This document shows, one piece after another, positions 56,664 to 64,000 of a DNA stretch of 64,000 bases. Below the pieces are notes generated by a model. It was not told the DNA's origin. It did not search any database and was given only the letters and a program-made list of their open reading frames with translations. Numbering within the stretch: position 1 is the stretch's first letter; every line of letters starts with the position of its first letter. Made by a program: the position numbers and the translations under genes. The stretch is taken from positions 11,284,001-11,348,000 of the forward strand of contig NC_135256.1 in assembly GCF_964204865.1 (NCBI RefSeq). Direction: 5' to 3'. Source of the stretch: Styela clava. Lineage: Eukaryota.

Positions 56664-58025
56664 AATGACAAATGAATTTATACAAATTCTACTAAACTAA
56701 ACATGGAAAAATAACAGATGAACAAATGAGATGAAATCAACTATCATATATATAGATTTATTGTTATGATCGAGAAATATTGTTAGTGCAAGACATGTAG
56801 CTGCGCTATGCTGATAAACAAACTGCCAAATGCCAACTAATTTTATTGATGGTGGATTGCTTATTGAGTTTGTGTTTACCGAATCGAAAAAGACTGCAAT
56901 AATTAAGCGAAAAAATCAATAAATATATAGCAAATTGCATCCTTTTTATCAATAAGCTCAAATCTATTGTCTAACTACAAACTTTATCTACTAAATTAGC
57001 ATAGGTAATTTGGGGGAAATTACCTAATTCGAGTGATACAGGAGCAGTTGCAGGATGATGAAACATCCAAATAAATGACGGAAGCTCGGTTTAAGTCGAT
57101 CGCGATAAATCCATTTGTATATCCAATAAAGATGCTCGTCCCGTTATTTGATGTAAACTAAAACCTTCACAATGGAAACAGAAGGAGAGTCCTAGTCACT
57201 TGAGGCTCTTGAGCATATATCATATACATATTTTTGTTGAGGGTATATACATTTTATTGCACTATTAAATACCAATACAATATGACTTTACACTTCAGGT
57301 ACAATGATACAAGGTACAATATAGACTATACTTTGGCCAGAAAAATGTAGAGAATCATATAACTGCACAGAGCAATGTGCATCCTCAAATAATAGCAGGA
57401 ATGAAATACAAAAAATGGGCATTTTAAAGTGAGATAATCAACATTATGAGACAGCCGTACCTCAGTTGGTGAGACAGCCAAAGTATAAGCAAGCCAATTT
57501 ATTTTAAGGATGAAAAACACCAATGTTTATGTCATGCAGATATGTGATATAGCTGCTTGTTATTACTGGCTCACATTATCTTTACAGATTGATTTTATGT
57601 TTTCATATTCTGCAGATTTATAATTGATGGTCCTGTTGAGATGTACCAGAGCAGCACACCAAATATGATTGAATAGAAAATATAGCAATCTGTAAGAAAT
57701 CAAAACTTCCAACTGCTATAATAAATCAACAGTATGAGCATAAAAAACCAGAAAAATTTGGAAGTCAATTAAAGATCTTAATTTTCTTAACTTCAACCAA
57801 TATTTTTTAATTTAATCACCTAAGACAAACTGATAAAAGTGAAAATTTTTATCAGAATTCGAACAAAATGCATGTAGCCTAAAGAGGTTAACATAATTAT
57901 AAGCAGTAGAAGAGACATGCCCCAAGAACATGTCATGATATAATACGAATGGCAATGATTACACAAAATGCCAGGTGATGAGACACGATTATAGAATTCC
58001 AACAAGTTCTGATTTATAAATGAAT

Positions 58026-58454
58026 TTATTCCAAGCTTTGCAACATCAATAACTGCTTCAAGACTTTTGTTTGGCTCGTCTCCCGTATCTCCCCAGCAAG
58101 AAACATTTCATCGACCACAGTGTAAACTTTGTAGAAGTTGAACACCAAATCAAGCTCACAAACGTTGTGGAAGTATTCATTCAGAACTTCAACAAAATTG
58201 TGTATAGCTTCAAGATATGCAAGGTTGTTGTCATGCACGTCCACACAAATGCAAAAGTAGAGCCCTGCATATCGCCTGTACACAATTTTGAAATTCCGAA
58301 ACTCGACAAAGTTTGTGTGCTTCGCATCGCGAACTGTCACCACAGCATGAACTTCTTCAATCAGTTTTTGTTTTTCATCATCATCAAAATGCATGTACCA
58401 TTTCGCCAGCCTTGTTTTCCCTGCTCTATTCTGTATCAATATGAACCTGATCAT
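58026..58454 (-). CDS. AP2S1: AP-2 complex subunit sigma, intronless CDS
   Basis: 142 aa [20 protein letters not shown]...[11 protein letters not shown], nearly the canonical sigma-2 sequence. Confidence 0.98.
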   Translation of the reverse strand: MIRFILIQNRAGKTRLAKWYMHFDDDEKQKLIEEVHAVVTVRDAKHTNFVEFRNFKIVYRRYAGLYFCICVDVHDNNLAYLEAIHNFVEVLNEYFHNVCELDLVFNFYKVYTVVDEMFLAGEIRETSQTKVLKQLLMLQSLE

Positions 58455-60478
58455 TTTGCGATAGAAAATACTTTGAAGAATCTACAACAGCTGAACAAGT
58501 ACCGGTAACGGTTTAACAGAAGCAATCTTTCGACGAACCACCAACAGCAGAAAAGACAAAACGGTTTTAGTCTAGCTTCCAAATAACGATCGAAACGCTT
58601 TTTCGACGAATATGGCCACAAGGGGGTAGCGAGAGTAAAAATATATTTATGGCGCTGCACCATTTTGTAAGTTACAGCCGTGTCCAACCACATTAGTGTT
58701 TATTTACGTTCCGACCCAAATTTCATTTAGGGCCGCAAATTATATTTCAAATATGATGCAAGTTGCACAATAATGCATGGTTTTAGGTGTGATAGGATGC
58801 AGACAACATAGAAGTTTAATTTTACCGATTCTACAGATAGTGCGAGACCTTTTTTGAATGTCATTTCTCTTCTTTTTAATATCGATTTATCACGTAATTG
58901 GTCTGTCATTTTTGAGAAGAAAAATTTCAACAAATACATTGAAAATGACCTAGAAAAGCATCATGCTGTTTCTTCAAGCCGCTTTTCAGTGACAATAACT
59001 TCGCTTTTAGCTCACAGGCACTCTTTTTAGTAATTTCATTGCACCTTATCTGGAAATGTCTTTTCAATAATAAAACTCGAAGCTCCGATTGCTTGGTTTT
59101 GACGTAATATTGCGTCACATCGATACGATATCCAATAATATTATCTGAGAAAGGCTCGGATTTTCCCTGTTTGTAACCAAACCTCTCCACATGCGTGCTG
59201 GGGGCCAACTCCTCAATTTTCTCCTCCACTCACACCACACATCGCAAACTTGAAAGCGATTATTCCACCACGAACACCTGGAAAATTATCGTGCGAGTAT
59301 GGAGAGAAATTGAACGGTTAAAGAATAAATACAAATGGTTTTGAAAGTATTGGCCCTGGGTAGTTAATTCCAAGAAACGCTGGTGGCAGGGTCAGATGAG
59401 TCTACATCAACAAACCTTGTTTGTTTAACTTGATTTCATGCGTTAGTGCAACGTTTTTGGCGATAATCAACTTTAATGTCGGCCTTCATCTTGTGTCTTA
59501 GAATTTGACAAAGAACATAGTTTTTGGTTGGGTTAAAATGCATCAATCAAAGCACTCCGATACATTTTGATATTAAAAGTGGGGAATCAATATACATACA
59601 TGCATATCCAAGTATTAATTTTACAGGTCATTTCATAAAAAATGATCAAATTCCTTCCAGCAACATAGGTTCACTCAGTTCAAACATTCAATTGGCGCGT
59701 GACTTGCTCTGCTTTGTTTGATCAATGTCATTGGTTTGATCAATTATAATTATAAATACATTCGCTGCATCATAGCTTCCATACTCTCATGATGTCGGGG
59801 ACAATAGGCCTAAATCAATATATAATCCTCTTCCTTTATTTTCCTAGCATTGGGGCGTAAAAATCAACTATGTCATTCTAGCTAACCCTGAACGCTGCAG
59901 TTAATAATCTTAATTCCGAAATTCAACTTATATTTTTAGTCCAGATCCTGAAGTTTATACTGGGGCAATATTCTTCATAAATAATCTCTAATAATTGGGT
60001 TTTTATATTATGTGATTCATAAATTTCCAGAGATTCTCTGGTTGTCTTGGCGGTCATGAAGATTCTTCTGGGAGTGGCACTGTTTGGTAACTTAATGACA
60101 AGGAAATCTCGCCTACACACGTCGGTAGACCAGTTTTCGCCTTCGGCGTCAAACTTAACAGTGTTCAGTGAACCTAACAGAAATAACAGTGTAACACGGC
60201 TTGTGCGATGTGCCAAATATAGATTTTGTCTGAGGCGGAAGAGAACTATGAAAATGCAGGCGCAACATGAAATTAAACACGAAATACCTTTGGAAACACT
60301 TGTGCTATAGAAATAGATTGTGTCATAGAAAATATACTGACGTCACCATTTACAACTGTGATTTGTTCAAATGACACAATTTGGCCTTTTACGCACTAAT
60401 TGCTAATTTGCTTAATGCAATATCGGGGTACAATTAGACAGGAGGTTGGAGACGAGGTAGGATGAAGCAATGAGCATA

Positions 60479-60724
60479 TAGGATAGGATTTACATATTTA
60501 TCCCAGAGGAGTAGAAAGTCGATCGGACGGCTTAACCATATGGCGAACCACGGACTCTCGTCCGGTTACCTTTCCATGTCGTGTATGGAATTAGTTAGTT
60601 ATTTGTTTTTCGGAATCTTGGACATGGTAGTGGAACCCGTAACCGACCAGCGGGTACGTGAACCACCCCAGAGGTGCGGTAGCGAGCTTATTCCTAACGC
60701 TTAGCACGATGAGCCACACCGCCG
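60479..60724 (-). mobile_element. tRNA-derived SINE with (ATCCT)n tail
   Basis: Minus-strand head with A-box-like TGGCTCATCGTG and B-box-like GGTTCACGTACC; tail TAGGATAGGA on +. Truncated copies at ~28990-29060 and ~33021-33130. Confidence 0.72.
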
Positions 60725-61476
60725 CGTCCTATTCATTGAATAAAGTAAGTAATGAGTCAATGAGAGACCTCAAACCATTTAGAATAATTCGACGCGATAA
60801 TAGAAAAAAAGTCCTCGGAAGCTGGAAATATCTCTGTGATCTGCACCATTGTCTGCACGAGGAGATCGATCTGCGTTTAATAAAAGGGTCAAAGGTCGGG
60901 GGAACGTCCACGGGATTTATATTTACTTTAAATTCGTTATCCTACTCTGATTCTCCTGGTTGCATGGGGCTATTCTATGTCATATAGTTCAATGTTAATA
61001 TGTGGTGTAACGTTTCTACCAAAACAGTAAGTAATGCGAAACAGAAATGGGGAGTGACACAGAGAGAGTTCTTTGATCATGCGCCCGCGCCCCGCTTAAC
61101 TTACCAGTACTGCAGTAAGTTACATGTAAGTTCGTCTTTTACCGTTTTACGTATTTATTTATGACTTGCAACTTGGTTTATGTACTGTACGTGCGGTAGC
61201 CGGTAGGGCACTCAGCGAGGGATGTATTTTGCCATTCCTTCAATATTGTAACCAAAAAGTATGACTGTAGTATGACAAATATAGATTGCTATACAACAGT
61301 TTAAAACAAGGTATGGCAGTGCTTTACTAAACATACATAAAAATGACTTAGCATATTTGAATAAACATTATCTTCCTATACATCCAAATTGCAGAATTGT
61401 TTGTAAACACATAGATTTTATATCACTTCCGTATACGCTATTCTAACAAATTGTAAATTTACTCTGGAAAAACAGT

Positions 61477-61653
61477 ATGACTCTCAAAGAATCAATTTAC
61501 ATGGTGACCATCTTCCTGGTGTTTTTTGGGGTTGACAAAGTTCATGCTTTTGATGCCGGAGATGCAATTGCTCTCATACTTGGACTGGTTGTAGGAATCT
61601 GTGGTTTCTTGGCTTGCATTGGAGCTTATGCAAGAAGAAAAAATGGACAATAA
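61477..61653 (+). CDS. SMIM30: Small integral membrane protein 30 (58 aa microprotein)
   Basis: Hand translation MTLKESIYMVTIFLVFFGVDKVHAFDAGDAIALILGLVVGICGFLACIGAYARRKNGQ*. Signal + TM with the SMIM30 hallmarks AGDAIAL and ACxGxYARxxNGQ; below the ORF-track cutoff. Confidence 0.9.
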   Translation: MTLKESIYMVTIFLVFFGVDKVHAFDAGDAIALILGLVVGICGFLACIGAYARRKNGQ

Positions 61654-62501
61654 AATTTGGTTTTTGTTATTTTGTATTTAAAGCAATATTCTTATACTAC
61701 AAATGTTAAAGTATTTGATTATTACCAAGAAAATCTTCTAATTGTGCCAAATGATTCTGTTAAAAGTTTATGGTCAAATCATTTGAAATTCGTGGAAACA
61801 AAAAATTATAATCAAAAAAAGAAATTGCAATGATAACATTACAAGGCTACGATTTAAATTGTACTACAGCGCTTCAATTCCATTGATCCGTTTTATTTCT
61901 GTTATATTATGTACCATTTGACTTCATTACTTGTGCAATATATATTTATAAATATGTCTTGAAATTGTAATTTCTAACCATAAATACTCGAATTTCTGTT
62001 GTATATGGACACCGTATGATATATGTTCAGGCTAATGTAACTCTCTCTTTTGTCCACACAGTTTTCAGGAATTTTTAGCATGATTTTGTCAAAAAATGAG
62101 TAGGTGGCTTTATTCTTGTGGAATTTGTATAGTTACTTAATCAGATATAACAATATTGACACTAATTAGTTTTGAAAACTTTAGCTTGCAATATATTGGT
62201 CCATAGACTATGTGAAATCATTGTTTTATATGTATGTGCGGAGGGGAGTTCATGAAATAAATTTTGAAAATCATCCTATGGCCTTTGTTAATGCATAAGA
62301 ATCTACTCCTTGATAGTAGGCTATGTGTTTTTTTTCCAAGTGTTTGGTTTTTAAGAACATTTGTTAATCAAGATTGTTTGGTCATTATTTTATCTTATAT
62401 TCTGTCATCACCGATTGATTTTTCATCTGTTGGCTGCCGTTTTTTTTTAATGATTCTACTTATATAAAATCAGTCAAAATTAGCTTTAGAAATAGTAAAA
62501 A

Positions 62502-63407
62502 ATGAGTGCTTTGCGCCTAAGATGCAAGTCTGAACATGGGACACAAGTTCTTAACAATCTTACATCATCTTCAACTCTTCTTGATCTGATGGAAGCTATC
62601 AAGAAGATATGTGATATAGAGATTAACGCACAGAAGATTCTCTCTGGTTTCCCTCCAAAATCAATGAAATTGGAAGACAAAACATTGACTTTGGGATCTT
62701 TATCTATCAAATCTGGAGATACATTTACGGTGGTAAATGGGAATAAAGCAAAAGACACATCGTCCAATAATCCGGAAGCAGACAGGTCCGATAAACCACA
62801 GCCTGGTGTAAGGAGAAAAGAAGTACCTGCGGATAACTCGTGTCTATTTTATAGTGTTTTTTATGTACTCGAAGGTTTTCTAGAATACGAAACGGCAAAA
62901 AAACTAAGAGCAAAAATAGCCGAGCAAGTCACCAGTGATCCAGAGAAATATTCAGAAGCAGTTCTTGGGAACACCCAAATTGAATATAGTGCTTGGATCC
63001 AAAGTGATACATCATGGGGAGGTGCAATTGAGCTTGCAATACTTTCGGAAATATTTAAGGTCGAAATTGCAGCGGTCGATATAAAATCACTTAGGTTGGA
63101 CATATATGGCCAAGATAAAAGTTACAGCAGTCGAGCGTATTTGATATATGACGGAATTCATTATGATCCATTATATTTTGATTCGTGTAATAAACAACTG
63201 CCACTGCAAACTATATTTTCATGTGAGGACCATGCAATGTTGACAAAAGTGATGGAGCTCGCTGAAATTGCACACAAAGCAAGACAATTCACTGATACTG
63301 GTAATTTTACTCTGATATGTGTTACTTGCCAGAAAAAATTGACCGGTCAAAAGGAAGCACAAGAACATGCAAAACAAACTGGACATGGTAACTTTTCAGA
63401 GTGTTGA
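62502..63407 (+). CDS. YOD1: Ubiquitin thioesterase OTU1 (UBX-like + OTU + C2H2 ZnF), single coding exon
   Basis: ILSGFPPK; catalytic PADNSCLF; WGGAIEL; YDGIHYDPL; C-terminal CVTC...HAKQTGHGNFSE. Confidence 0.96.
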   Translation: MSALRLRCKSEHGTQVLNNLTSSSTLLDLMEAIKKICDIEINAQKILSGFPPKSMKLEDKTLTLGSLSIKSGDTFTVVNGNKAKDTSSNNPEADRSDKPQPGVRRKEVPADNSCLFYSVFYVLEGFLEYETAKKLRAKIAEQVTSDPEKYSEAVLGNTQIEYSAWIQSDTSWGGAIELAILSEIFKVEIAAVDIKSLRLDIYGQDKSYSSRAYLIYDGIHYDPLYFDSCNKQLPLQTIFSCEDHAMLTKVMELAEIAHKARQFTDTGNFTLICVTCQKKLTGQKEAQEHAKQTGHGNFSEC

Positions 63408-64000
63408 CAACGATCTTCCTGGTTATTATTCATATTCTCACGCTGTGATATAAATACATCAGAATATCGATGCCTCATTGCCAGCTATCAATTTAGACTC
63501 CAAATATTACGCAAACTTTGTATTATTTAAAATATTGGATGTTCAATAATATTGAGAAACTTTTTTGATTATAAATTGTTCACTTTAAAGATTGATCCCA
63601 TCGTGACAGGGAAGCTGTTTATGATAGTTGGCTGTCACAGCCTATAAATCCAGGTCGCTCGTGGAAAAGCTAGCAAATTTAATTGAAAATGTGATAGTAA
63701 TCGATCCACAGTGTAAATTTGCACTGGAATGATAACCAGGCCCATTGCCTTAAATTATAAAATAGCAGATATTGAAAAAGATGCATGTTTTCCCCCCGCT
63801 AGCAAGAGTTGACTAATGACTTCACTAAACAAGAGTTCATTCACTTGAGAGGCTCCAGCTCTGACCATTTACACTTTCCAGCTCGTAAATTTCAATTTAT
63901 AATATTAATTTGAAAGTTTTAAGTTGAATTCATATTTAAAACCTTAGTCTAGAACCCCACGTCATTTCACGTTTATGAAAATAGTAAGGCTTGATGCTGG

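Noticed and set aside
58727-60310. Possible Buster/GTF2IRD2-like transposase remnant (KLLSLKSGLKKQ)
   Set aside because: The similarity is too weak and no TIR/TSD pair could be identified by eye.

Overview
AT-rich eukaryotic (invertebrate metazoan) genomic DNA with many short spliceosomal introns. An ascidian/tunicate origin is an inference from the compact genes, intronless same-strand gene pairs and TE content. Genes: a multi-module LRR (Slit/Toll-ectodomain-like) gene running off the left edge (-), a multi-exon ACAP Arf-GAP (+), BRCC3 (-, with an AT-AC U12 minor intron), NFKBIL1 (-), nucleolin (-), PIH1D1 (-), AP2S1 (-), the 58-aa microprotein SMIM30 (+, absent from the ORF track) and YOD1/OTU1 (+). 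The 43.5-55.5 kb interval is a transposon nest. Its most striking component is a young 3.1-kb LTR retroelement (46389-49485, minus strand) with two almost identical 536-bp LTRs, a 4-bp TSD, a tRNA-Trp-like PBS and a PPT. It has no gag/RT and only a pol-tail remnant plus a frameshifted envelope-like glycoprotein whose Cys pattern resembles class III (rhabdovirus G-like) fusogens. It sits inside a Helentron/DINE-1-like element, which itself lies inside a hAT MITE. Other highlights: a candidate 12-nt microexon in the ACAP PH domain, Merlin-type MITEs carrying telomere-like motifs, and candidate trans-spliced operons.
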